Shown here piece after piece: positions 12,264-22,601 of a stretch of DNA of 39,485 nt. The translations under genes and the position numbers were made by a program. Every line of letters begins with the position of its first letter. Positions within the stretch are counted from its first letter, which is position 1. The DNA is from Lama guanicoe (taxonomy: Eukaryota): NCBI GenBank assembly GCA_013239625.1, contig PNXV01000813.1, positions 1 through 39,485 of the forward strand. The letters are read 5' to 3'. The notes beneath the pieces are model-generated. The model worked only from the letters and a program-made list of their open reading frames with translations. It was not told the origin of the DNA and did no database searches.

Positions 12264-12485
12264 CTTCTTGCAGCACAGGCGACAGATGAACCAGAGCAGC
12301 AGCAGGAGCAGGAGCAGGGCCGGGATGAGCCAAGACAAGAAGAGAGGGTTGGTATAGAGGGTGAACTGGGTGGGTGGGGTAGGCGCTGATGGGGTGAGAG
12401 CCGCCTGGGGAGAGGCCCCCGGGAGAGGCGGCATCGGGGGGGGCTGCTGGGGGGCTGTTGGGAGGCTCGCTCCTGACCCTTGTGC
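12264..12485 (-). pseudogene. ANTXRL: ANTXRL-like exon 13: Pro/Ser/Thr-rich stalk plus transmembrane helix; open
   Basis: gctctttctttag|GCA CAA GGG...TGC AAG AAG|gtgagt; 222 nt, phase 0-0; AQGSGASLPTAPQQPPPMPPLPG...NPLFLSWLIPALLLLLLLLWFICRLCCKK. Confidence 0.88.
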
Positions 12486-12683
12486 CTAAAGAAAGAGCAC
12501 ATAGCAGAGGCTCGGCTTGGACCCGGGTGACAGCTAACCCTGCCACTCAGATCCCATCCCAGGTCTCCCCGTCTGCCCAGTTTCCCTTCGACTTGGTTGC
12601 CCTACCTGAGAAGAAAGATCCTAAGAGGTTAGGGTACCCAGAGAGCCCCTCTGGGATGAGCTCAGGCACTGTGGCCTCTCCCT

Positions 12684-12830
12684 CTGTGACAGCCATAGTC
12701 ACTGCAGTTGTGGTTGTGACATTAGTCACTGTGGTCATCATGGTGACAGCCCTCAGCATTGTGGTCCTCACTGTGACAACTGTAAGCACTGTGACCATCA
12801 TCATGACACCTGTGGGCACTGTGGGCATCG
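12684..12830. repeat. Degenerate ~9-bp periodic low-complexity repeat (cactgtggt-like)
   Basis: Recurrent cactgtg/gtgaca units that give long T/V-rich or His/Asp-rich translations. Confidence 0.7.
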
Positions 12831-14849
12831 CTGGTCCAGGGCTGGTCTCTGGGGCTCACTCTGAGGAAGGCACAGGGGTCAGAGTCCGGGGGCTGCTCTT
12901 GGTGATTCCTCCCAGGTGCCCACCTACTGTTTCCCACGGCTGATTCCCCCATCAGCTCCCTCTCCCTTCCCCTCATGTTACCTCATGTAGAGGGACCACA
13001 GTGGGGCTGGGAGGTCAGGGCTGGTACCCAGAGAGCCCCTCTGGAGCCCTGGGCCACAGACCCCATGGCTGCCCCCGCTCAGAGGCTCCCCCATGGCCCT
13101 GTCAAGGAGGTCCAGTCCTCCAGGCAGAGGCAACCCAGCCCTCGCTGCCTGCCTAGTATGACACACAGGGGTTCTGTGAGGACCACAAAGAGCTACGACA
13201 CACGGATGGGTGACGGAGGGGCAGCTGGGGCCCCCTGAGAGGTGGGGGTGCAAGAACACAGCCAGGACGCCCTGATCACATCCCCAGAGCCTCTCTCCCC
13301 TACTTCTCTGCAGTCTTGGGCAAAATGACTCCATGTCTCTGAGCCTCTGTTCCCACCCCTGCAGTGAGGAAATGGCGAGCACCTGAGAGCTGCAAAGAGA
13401 GATCACAGGCAGTCCCAGCACAGGCCAGGGCCACGTGGGGGCTTAAGGACAGGATCTGTTCTCGTGCTATTCTTCATAACCACGGCACGTGTGCTGCATC
13501 CGAGGACCTGCGCACTGCACAGCCCTTCCCTAAGTCACGTGCTTGAGAGAAGCAGGGCAAGGAAGAGGGCAGAGAGAGCCTGTGCCCAGGAAGCAGGCTG
13601 GCCGAAAGGAGAGGCCCAGTCAGGCTGAGGGGACCTGTGCTGGGCCCGGAGCCCCAGGCTGCTCCTGAGGTCTCTCCTAAATGTGCCTGTGGACAGGCGG
13701 CTGCAGGGGGTGGGATCCTGGTGGTAAATGTGTACATTCAGTCTCTGATCTGCTGGGAGATGTGCAGGGACAAGAGAGACAGACACAGGGAGACTGTCAC
13801 ACGGTTGGAACCCTCATCAGCTGGTACTGGACACCAGGGCGGTGGCCACTCGGCACAGGCGTCCCTCCTCCGGGGGAAACCTCACTCCCGCCTAACGCTC
13901 TCTGTGGTCCATGTGGGGCAGCTCCAGGCTAAGGTGCTTGGATGATGCAGAGCTTGGAAAAGTGGGTCCCAGGGCAGCAGCCCTGTGTTCCCAACTCCCT
14001 TTCCCTAGGCTGAGCCCCCGCCCTCCCCACGGCCCTGACAGCTTCGCCATCAACAGAGGAGTCTCCCTGCAGAGACCAGAGCGAGTCAGGCGAGAGGAAC
14101 AGCTGAGGAGCATGAGAAAGGAGGAGAGGCACCCGGAAGCTGATGACATCTGCAATGTGACAGCTTGTGTCACCAGACAAGCTCAGGAGGCAGGAGCTGT
14201 GATGGTCAGGAGTGGGTTCAGAGCCCTGCCGGCTGCTTCAGCCACACGGCGGAAACAGTCCCTGACTGTGTTCGGCCACAGCTGGTCCAGTCCTCCCGAC
14301 CCCTGTGCCTGAGACCCCAGTTTGGAGGGCCCGAGTGTCCCAGAGGCCCTGGACTCTGTCTCCTAGGACACAGTGTCCCAGCCTCTCCCACTCACCCCAC
14401 TGGAATCCGAGTTGGAGCCCGGAGCTCCCCGGCACAAGGCTCAGGCCAGTGGGGATGGCCAGGCGGGTCCGGGGTGGGCAGAGCCTCAGCACCGTTTCTG
14501 GAGTCTGTTTAGAGCCCTAATTGGTCCCTTCCAAGTGCCTTCAATGACACTGGCTTCACAGAGACAGCAGAGGTTTGCAAGGTCTGGACAGTAAGTTGTA
14601 CCCCAGGTGCTCTTTTTAGTAACAGTCCCAGGGCACTGCCCAAGCCTGATGCGGGTTCAGCTCCTGGATGTGGGGCTCAGGGCCCTGAGCTGCCTGTGAA
14701 ATGCTGCTCTAGGGGCCTGTCTGCACAGGCTGCTTGCCGGGCCTGCCCAGGGCCCACTGCTCCCCGCACTGGCCTCCCGGGGCGTCTCGCCCTCCTGCGC
14801 AGGGGACAGGGCGGCCCTGGGTCCGGGAGCCACACCCCGGCGGCCTCAC

Positions 14850-14926
14850 GGCTCCTGCTGCTGATGCGCATGTCGGTGTTGATGACGGCGGTCCCGTGGT
14901 TCAGGCCGATGTCAACACGCAGCTCC
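14850..14926 (-). pseudogene. ANTXRL: ANTXRL-like exon 12 (end of Ig-like domain); 77 nt, 2 nt short of frame
   Basis: cctctgctgcag|G GAG CTG CGT...AGG AGC C|gtgagg; ELRVDIGLNHGTAVINTDMRISSRS; terminal Cys codon missing. Confidence 0.85.
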
Positions 14927-15497
14927 CTGCAGCAGAGGAAGGGCAGGCAGCGACCCCGAGGCCGGACACACAAACTTCCTCCGCTTGGCTCACACTGTAG
15001 CTCGCAGTCTCCTCACTGTAATGACTTTGAACATCAGGCATTTGGGGCTACCGCAGAGCAGACAGCGAGGGTAAGGAGAGCTCATCCCAAAGCACTGCGA
15101 GGTCGACCTCTGCAATGAAGGCTGACCAGGTAATGAGGAGCCCCGCATGGATCAGATGTCCTCCTGGCCATGAGCTAAGTGACCAGGGATGGCAGTACAG
15201 TGTCACCATCCCGACTCCTCTGTATTTACAGATTAAGTGAGTTTAGCTCCAAAAGGCTGCCTGGAGCAAAGGTACCATCCCCGGGGCACATCATCTCCAG
15301 CATCCTGCCCTCCTCTGCAGAGCCTGGGCCACACTGCATCCCCGAGCAGCTCAGAGGACAACCAGCCAGGGCAGGTGAGGAGGGTGCCCTGAGCGCTCCT
15401 GGAGACAGACATGTGCTGCCTCAGGGGAGGTGGCGTACCACATTCTTTACACTTCATGGCGGCAAAACCTGCCCACGCGGCCTCCGGGCTGGGCACT

Positions 15498-15567
15498 TCA
15501 TCTGGCTTCTCTGTCTTTACTCCTGGGCATATTATGGTGGCAGCTTCCACAGAGATAGGTTTTTTAT
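15498..15567 (-). pseudogene. ANTXRL: ANTXRL-like exon 11 (Ig-like domain); damaged splice donor
   Basis: ttgtcttttag|AT AAA AAA CCT...CCA GAT GA|agtgcc; 70 nt; KKPISVEAATIICPGVKTEKPD; no GT at +1. Confidence 0.88.
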
Positions 15568-15699
15568 CTAAAAGACAACCACACAAGAAGAACGTCAATG
15601 GACTTGTCCGTCCATCCGTCCCTCCCCTTCTGCCTGCCCTTGGCGAGCAGAGCTCAGGCTTTGGCAGAATCAGCTTCCCTTCTCTGCCCTGTTCTGACA

Positions 15700-15880
15700 C
15701 CTCCCGTGCACCAGGCACTGTGCAGGGCTCCGGGCTTTAGTGAGAACAAGACAGGCAGACACTCTGCTCTCCAGGGCCTGACACCGGAGGGACCGGGGAG
15801 GGAGACAGACAACACAGTAACAAACAATGAACAAACAAATGCTGAAGTGGAAAATGCTGTGACATCAACACACAAGGGAA
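15700..15880 (-). mobile_element. L2 LINE 3' fragment
   Basis: gtgcaccaggcactgtgcagggctccgggctttagtgagaacaagacaggcagac...ggggagggagacagacaac; approximate. Confidence 0.6.
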
Positions 15881-15939
15881 GGGACAGCCGTCTAAGAACA
15901 GGTGACCTGTCCTGTATTTTAGAGACAATTTTTCTTTAA

Positions 15940-16120
15940 AAGTAAGTGAAATGTTTATACAGGAAATGGTGTGATGTCTGGGATTTGCTTCAAAATAATC
16001 AACGGTGAGGGATCAGTAAAGCCAGGCTGGCCGGGGTTGACCGTCACTGAGGGAGGTGGAGGCGGCTCCCAGTGCGCTGCACGACTTTGGCTACTTTCGT
16101 GTATTATTTAAAATTCCCAG
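15940..16120 (+). mobile_element. Ancient L1M 3'UTR fragment
   Basis: tgatgtctgggatttgcttcaaaataatc...ctactttcgtgtattatttaaaattcc; approximate. Confidence 0.65.
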
Positions 16121-17439
16121 CAAGATGAGCTCTCTCTGAGGCGGTGGTCCTGGAGCTGGGGCCAGCTGAGGGGACAGCCAGGGAAAGTCCCCGAGGAGAG
16201 GGCTTCTGGCTGTGTGACCAAGACCTGAGGTGTACCCAGCTGAGCTGGTTGAGGGGAAGGAGGTGGGGGGGCAGCGCCTCGGGGGCCCCGGGAAGGGGAT
16301 GGGGCTTTGCTCTAAGTGCAGTGAGTCTGTGGAGGGGCTGCAGGTCCGGGTGTGTTTGGACACAGAGGCAGCAGGACCTGCGGGGGAACTGGATGTGGGG
16401 GTGGGGGCCAAGGGGGATCCAGGATAACGTGCAGGTGAGCAACCTGAGCGCCTGGGGGTGGGGGTGCCATTTACTGTCACCAGGGAGCCTGAGGAGGGGG
16501 CGGGGCCTCTGTGTGCGTGTTCTGTTATTTGGGGGAGCTGGGAGGCGCACTCACGGGGCTCAGACAGTTCACAGCAGGCAGCTGTGGAGCCTTCTCTGTC
16601 CTGAGCCCTAACTCGCTGCGTCCCTGCTGTAAGGAGAGAAGGGAGGCCCGGCTGCTCTGCCTGGCTGCTTTCCTGCCAGTGCCCTCCCCACCCTGCTCCA
16701 GCTTCCCCGGGTCCCAGACTCCTCTGAAAGTTAGGACCAATGGTCCTAACCCCCAGGGTCACACCACTTCCGACATCGGTGATTTGGGAGGACAATTCTT
16801 TCCCTGGCCTTCTTCATGACCCGGGCTTCCCTGGGTCCTAGGAGCTAAGCCGCCACTTCCCAGAGGCCGGAACCTCGGCTGGGCGCCTGCCGCCCCCCAG
16901 TGGACAGATGCGGGTCTGCACGTGTCCCCCTGTAGGAGCAAAGGCCAGGTCTCTCCTGCGGCTGCACCCACTGGGCTGTGATCAGAGGGGGAGGAAGCTC
17001 TGCAGGAGGGGCCATACTCAGTGCCAAACCCCGGGAGAATCTCCCTAAGAGTGAAGGTAGTTTTAAATGTCGTTCTTTAAAATTTTTTCAAAAATAGACC
17101 TGGACACTTAAATTTTAAAAACACACAGATTATAATCAAACTAAAGATTCTCCACTTAGAGCCCTAATCTGTTATTGGTTTTGTAGACTCATTGTAACTT
17201 TAGGGTTTTTTGCGGCGTCGGCGGGGGGACTATTTTGTCTCATGAAGAAACGTCTGTGTGATGCTCAGTAGTGTCTTTAACTCCACTGCAATTTTTGGTC
17301 TGTCTTTCAAGGAAAATGAGGTTTACTAAACTGTATTTGACATATTACAGGCACTTATGGGTTTGAGACTTGGGGTGATGTTTTATTCTTTACTCTTTAG
17401 TATTTTCCTGCTTTCCTGCTTTTCATATCTTTCTTTAAT

Positions 17440-17556
17440 TTTCATTTTTTATTGAAGTGTAATTGGTTTACAATGTTGGTTTCAGGTGCACAGCAAAGCG
17501 ATTCAGTTATACATATACATAAGTATATATATATAGACAGAGATTCTTTTCCATTG
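17440..17556 (-). mobile_element. Cetartiodactyl L1 3' end fragment
   Basis: ttttttattgaagtgtaattggtttacaatgtt...ttcaggtgcacagcaaagcgattcagttatacatatacat...agattcttttccatt. Confidence 0.78.
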
Positions 17557-17573
17557 AAAATAAATCTCTGGCT

Positions 17574-17696
17574 TTTAGGGGGGTAATTAGGTTTCTTTCT
17601 TTCTTTCTCTATCTATCTATCTGAGGTACTAAAGATTGAACCCAGGACCCTGTGCATGCTAAGCACATACTCTACCACTGAGCTATACCTGCTCCC
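17574..17696 (-). mobile_element. Camelid Vic-1-type tRNA-derived SINE
   Basis: Minus strand GGGAGCAGGTATAGCTCAGTGGTAGAG (A-box)...CTGGGTTCAATC (B-box)...AAACCTAATTACCCCCC tail. Confidence 0.85.
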
Positions 17697-18619
17697 TGTG
17701 TATCATTTTTATAATGAACAATCTCTAATAATTAAAAAAATCGTTTTTATCTTTCTTGCCACAGGTCAGGGCTATTCTCTACAAATGGCTCATTTCCATG
17801 TGGAAAGCTTTTGGGACCTCTTTCAATTGTCAGATGAGCTATGAAGTTTTGAACAGTGTTAGTCTTTCATGAGGAATGATAATGAAAACTAGTCACCAAG
17901 TATGGTTAAGGGAAAGGCTTTGCATCTGAGAAGAAGGATGGTAGGAATTAAGTGAAATAAAACCTCACGATTTGTATAAATTAACTTTTTAGTGGGGTGT
18001 TAATGGTCCAGAGCACAGAAAGTGAGGTGATGGCAGGTACCCCCCATACCAAGGCCCAGAAGAGCATGGTTGACTGAAAACGAGTTTTCAAATCAATGTT
18101 AACTGATTAACTGAATACTTCATTCAAATGGCACATCAAAAAACTTCTTAAATTAGATAAAGCATCACACACTAAAGTCAGACAACATAAAACATATAGA
18201 AACATTAATTTAAAATTTTTTCTTTTTTGTGCTTCTCTATATTTTCTAAAATGTTTTACCATACATTTTAATCAGCGGAAAATGTAATTAAAAGGAGCCA
18301 AATCAATCCTCAGTGGGGCATCAGAGCTCTTGGCAATAAACAGCCCTGCTTGGCCGTTTCCGGCCAGTCTCCCGCCAGGTGCAGCGGGGTGGTCAGCAGA
18401 GGAGCTCAGACTGTGGGATGGGCTCTCCCACGTGAGCCCCGGTCCTGGTCCAGCTCAGATAGAAACACTGGAGATGTCCGGGGTGGGAGAGCAGTATGGC
18501 TGCCAAGCACAGAGGAAGCACATTTCCTGAAGGAGAGGTTGTGCCCCACCTTCAAGAACTGTCAGCTCAGTAAGGTCGAAGGCCCAGACGGGCAATCACA
18601 TCACCTCTGCCTACTTTCC

Positions 18620-18785
18620 AGCTCTTCCTGAACCAGCCTGTGACCTTGGACAAGCTCTTCAACTGCCCCTGACTCTGCTTCCAGTTCCATGCAAAAGAAC
18701 AGCAGTAAGTCTCTTTTGAGAATTAATTGGGACAGTAACACAGCATATGGCCTGATGTAGTAGGTGCTCAATTAACATTAGCTCT
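18620..18785 (+). mobile_element. MIR SINE
   Basis: ctgtgaccttggacaagctcttcaac...tgtagtaggtgctcaattaacattagc; approximate. Confidence 0.65.
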
Positions 18786-19199
18786 CCATGCAAATGAGTT
18801 ACTCAGTCCCTAACCACTCCTGAGAAAGTATAAACCAAGGGGCATCTAACTCCCTGAGGCCATCTACACACTGTGTGGTGGGGGAGTGTGGCAGTGGCAG
18901 AGTCCTGCCCATTCTATGTGCCCATGGCAGAAAGAGAGATGGCCCAGAAGTGTGCTGGGGGAGAGGAATCTGTCTGAGTTGACCAGATGGCCTTGGAATG
19001 GGAATTCACTGAATATGATCTAATCATATTAAATGACTGTATCAGGGGGCTCACTGGGAGAGCTGAGGGGGAAGCAGAAAGTCCCACTGTCCCCAGGCAC
19101 CCTGAGGGGGGTCACCCCCACCTCAGCGCTGAGGGCACATCTGCTGCCCCAGCCGCGTGCTTCCTCAGGCCACGCACGCATCGCGGAGGGACACCTGAC

Positions 19200-19365
19200 G
19201 CCTGAGTATTTCCAAGCAGTAGCTTTACATACATGAGAGTGCTTAGTGCACCTGTCATATTGGCCCCGTTTTATAGTACAGATAGTAGAGGCTGACCCAG
19301 AACACTCATTAGGTCAAGGTCACACATGTAACGTGGGCCTGAGCCAGGATTCCAGGGCCCAGGCC
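19200..19365 (-). mobile_element. MIR SINE
   Basis: gctttacatacat...ccccgttttatag...caaggtcacaca...gagccaggattc; approximate. Confidence 0.55.
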
Positions 19366-19805
19366 CGGCAGTTGGCATCTTCTCTCAATCCAAGGTGACC
19401 ACACCCTCCTGGGAGGGCTACCAGCGCACCTGACACGGACTCAGGGCCCTGGGGCTGCCTCCACACCCCACCAGCAGACTCGTGCGATTCATGTCCTTGC
19501 CTCTCAAGGGAAGTGAGAGCTGAGAAAGGTTTAAGGGAGTACAGCAATGAGGGAGGCCCAGGACCCCAAACCCAGCCTCTGCAGAGGTAAGTGCTGGTCG
19601 AAGATGCTCTAGATTTACTGGGGGATTGATATGAAGGGAGAGGTGGCCAGGCTTCCTAGCCAGGTCCCTCCTTCCACTTGTCCACACTGCCTGTGTCCTC
19701 ACAGTGTCCACAGTGAATGGTCAGCACGGGCTTTAAAGGCTGAGCTGGCTGAGGGGACGAAGCGCGATGTGGGAAGTGTGGGAAGTAACCAAGTGGGCTA
19801 CTTAC

Positions 19806-19910
19806 CAAAGAATTACTTGTCTTTGAACTTGAACCTACAAATAACTTCATCCTTGTTCTTTGAGTTATTAAACCCTTTTCTGGAAATCACCAACTCATAT
19901 TGACCATCAT
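19806..19910 (-). pseudogene. ANTXRL: ANTXRL-like exon 10 (Ig-like domain); in-frame TAA
   Basis: tccttgcag|AT GAT GGT...TTC TTT G|gtaagt; 105 nt; DGQYELVISRKGFNNSKNKDEVICRFKFKDK*FF; TAA at 19813-19815. Confidence 0.92.
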
Positions 19911-20214
19911 CTGCAAGGACAACATCCAAAGGTCAGACCTGGACGCTGGACCTCAGAGGGACGCCATGCTCTGCACTGCGTCCTACTGTGGGCCCCACCG
20001 CTGTGCCCCACCTGCTGGGCTGCTTTGCAGACACTCGCTGGGTCTGGTCACACACAGGAACTAGACTGGCCAGGGTTGCCTCCAACCTGCTTCCTGGGAT
20101 GAAAGCCCTGAGCAAACCCAAACCCCAAACCACACATGAAGGATGAATCCCCAAACCACGGAGCCGAGTGCCCCAGGCCAGACACCGCGTCCATCCCACG
20201 TGAGTCACTGAGCA

Positions 20215-20705
20215 GATGCTCTAAAGCAGCAAACTAACCTGTGGAGGAAGGAATCAGAGAGTAGCTGCTCCGGTGGGGAGGGGCAGGGATTGCCTGGGAA
20301 GGGATCTGAGGGGACTTTCTGGGGACAACTCTAGTGTTCTGAGTCTTCATGGGTTTTTGGGTTACATAGGTGTCGCGTCAGAGCTCATCAAATGATACAC
20401 TAAAGTTTGCTGGATTTGAAAAGAGAACTCAGCAAAAATCATTCCTCATGTAAAGATTTGCAGAATGAGGGGTTTGGGAGTGAGGTAGCCAATGACTGTA
20501 ATTTACTCTTAAATGCATCAAAAAGAAAATAAGGTGGATTGATGAAGAGACAGAGAGGAAATAAAACATGGTCAGAGATTAGTTGTAGAATCCAGGTAGT
20601 GGATGTAAGTGTTTACATTGTGAGTTGTTTTAACTTAGCTGTAAACTTAAAACATTTCCATAACAAGTGGTTGGAAGATAAACAGAACTAAATGATAAAA
20701 TAAAG
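20215..20705 (+). mobile_element. Ancient L1M 3'UTR fragments
   Basis: gcaaactaacctgtgg...gggactttctgggg...ggttacataggtgt...; tagttgtagaatccaggtagtggatgt...aaaacatttccataacaa; approximate. Confidence 0.6.
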
Positions 20706-21699
20706 CCACAGACACAAGCCAGCAGGAGTCATAGTTCACAGCGGGGGACACATGACTAATGAGCGCGCAGACAGGGCTGTGGGAAGCCAGAGGGGCCAGC
20801 TGACCCAGAAAGGGTAAAGTCTCAGAGGCTGGGTGGGCTGGACCCTGTGACGCTGAGGAAGGTTTTGCAGCAGGTGGGCTTAGAGCAGAGGCTGGACCTT
20901 GGGGGGTCCGGCCGTCTGGCTAGGGGGCCTCAGGCTCCCCGGTCAGGCTGGGTTAGGGAAGTGGCTCTCTCAGTCCCTCGGGCCCTGGGCACAGGATGGG
21001 CTGGAGCACAGGCCTGGAGGCAGGGAGGCCAGCAGAGGCCTCTGCCCAGCCCAGGAGGGAGCCTGAGAGGCCGAGGGGGCCGAGTGCCTCCTGCTCACCC
21101 CCTCCCAGCCTCCTCACATCGGCCCACTGACTTATTCAGAGTAACACCCTGGGAACAGCTCTGACTTTACTGGGGTCCAGACTCCTGCTCTGAGCTTTCC
21201 CTCCAAGGGACTGTCACGCTGTGCAGCAGTTTTAAAAGTCAGAGCAGCGCTGCTGGGCCACGCAGGCAGAGGGGGTGCAGCGGGCACCTGTCATCTCGGC
21301 TGGGCCACCCCAGGGCATAGGTGACAACTGGCATCCTCTATGGGGCTTGATAGGCCTGTGTGTGTCCCAGGGACACATGTCCAGCTGCATCTAGATGAGT
21401 GCTGGTCCCTGTGGAAGCGTGTATTCGTCCCCCGCTTCAGTGGCACAAACCCCAGTGATGTGGACACACGAGCCGGCACACACAGCGCTCACTCCAGAGA
21501 GAGGGCTCCTGTCAGAAAAGGACCTGCACAGGGTCCTCCCCGCACTGATGCAGGGACCCTCCTGGGGGAAAGAGGGCAGCCCTGTCCAGTTCCAGACCTC
21601 AGGGAGAGGCCTTCCCCATCTAACCGCTGGGTGTAACGCTGGCTGTGAGTATTCGCGTGATGCCTTTGTCAGGCCGTGTTCCTAGTATGATGCTGGGAT

Positions 21700-21900
21700 C
21701 GAACTGTGTCCAATGCTTTTCTTCATCTGTTAAGACAATCATGTTTCCCTTCTCCATTTGCTGCTGTGGTAATTTACATTGATAAATTAAATATTGAATC
21801 AGACTTGGATTTATAGGGTGAATCCTTAATTAGTCTCGATGTATTGTCTTTTTTATATGTTGTTGGATTTTATTTGCTAGTGTTATGTTCAGGGTTTAAA
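21700..21900 (-). mobile_element. Ancient L1M ORF2 fragment (antisense)
   Basis: aatgcttttcttcatctgttaagacaatcatg...ttggattttatttgctagtgtt; approximate. Confidence 0.55.
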
Positions 21901-22084
21901 AACTATCTTTTCGTATTTCTTAATTAAACTTTTGGTTTTGAGTTTTAAAAAAGTAATTACAGGAAACTTACAGGGGTAATTATTTCCCAGTAAATGTATG
22001 TCAAGTCATTGCCTGGTTTACCTTAAATTTATACACAGCCGTATTTCAAGTGTATCTTAATTAAAACGGAAGAAATGGTAGTTA

Positions 22085-22325
22085 CGCACATATTCACACC
22101 ACAACCCCCAGCAGACGCACCTCACATAAACATACCTTTAATTTCATACTCAGGGCACAATGACATATCTGACACATTTCTGTAAAAACTCCTCAGGCAC
22201 ACACACACACACACAAATACACAAACTCTCGTACACACTAATCACAACACAATACCAACCCCCCACACACTCACACCACACTCACACAAGCAGGCACACT
22301 CAGGCACATTCACACCACACATACC
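22085..22325. repeat. CA-rich low-complexity tract including (CA)9
   Basis: Repeated cacac motifs; perfect run at about 22197-22214. Confidence 0.8.
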
Positions 22326-22365
22326 CGAGCACCATCCTGCCTAGGACAGTGACCCCAGCACGTAC

Positions 22366-22426
22366 CTCCCACACAGGCATGGAATGTGTCTCTACCCATA
22401 CCTCCCTTACAGGAATTTCCCACCAG
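22366..22426 (-). pseudogene. ANTXRL: ANTXRL-like exon 9 (end of vWA with conserved Cys; start of Ig-like domain)
   Basis: cctgtgttccag|CTG GTG GGA AAT TCC TGT...TGT GTG GGA G|gtacgt; 61 nt; LVGNSCKGGMGRDTFHACVG. Confidence 0.87.
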
Positions 22427-22524
22427 CTGGAACACAGGGATGGTGGCAGGGTCAGGGAGAGTGACAGGCGTGGCCACGGTGAGAAACCACCCTGTCCCCC
22501 TTCTCACATTCAGCCCACACTCAC

Positions 22525-22601
22525 CGACGTAAGAAAGCCTTCATCGTCAGCGGTTCGGGCGTCTCATCCAGTTGGGCCTCCCCTGTAACAATCTGACCCA
22601 G
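22525..22601 (-). pseudogene. ANTXRL: ANTXRL-like exon 8, frameshifted (77 nt between phase-0 exons)
   Basis: cccttgtag|CTG GGT CAG ATT GTT...CTT ACG TCG|gtgagt; 5' part reads LGQIVTGEAQLDE, 3' part reads DDEGFLTS in another frame. Confidence 0.78.

Noticed and set aside
12458..12943. Plus-strand ORF with a Val/Thr-rich pseudo-transmembrane stretch
   Set aside because: Translation of a 9-bp-periodic simple repeat, antisense to the gene.
17620..17696. tRNA gene
   Set aside because: A/B boxes are present but the acceptor stem is degenerate and a SINE tail follows; it is a SINE.
17745..17870. Plus-strand acceptor-like site (tttcttgccacag|GTC)
   Set aside because: All three frames close quickly, and I found no matching donor or recognisable product.
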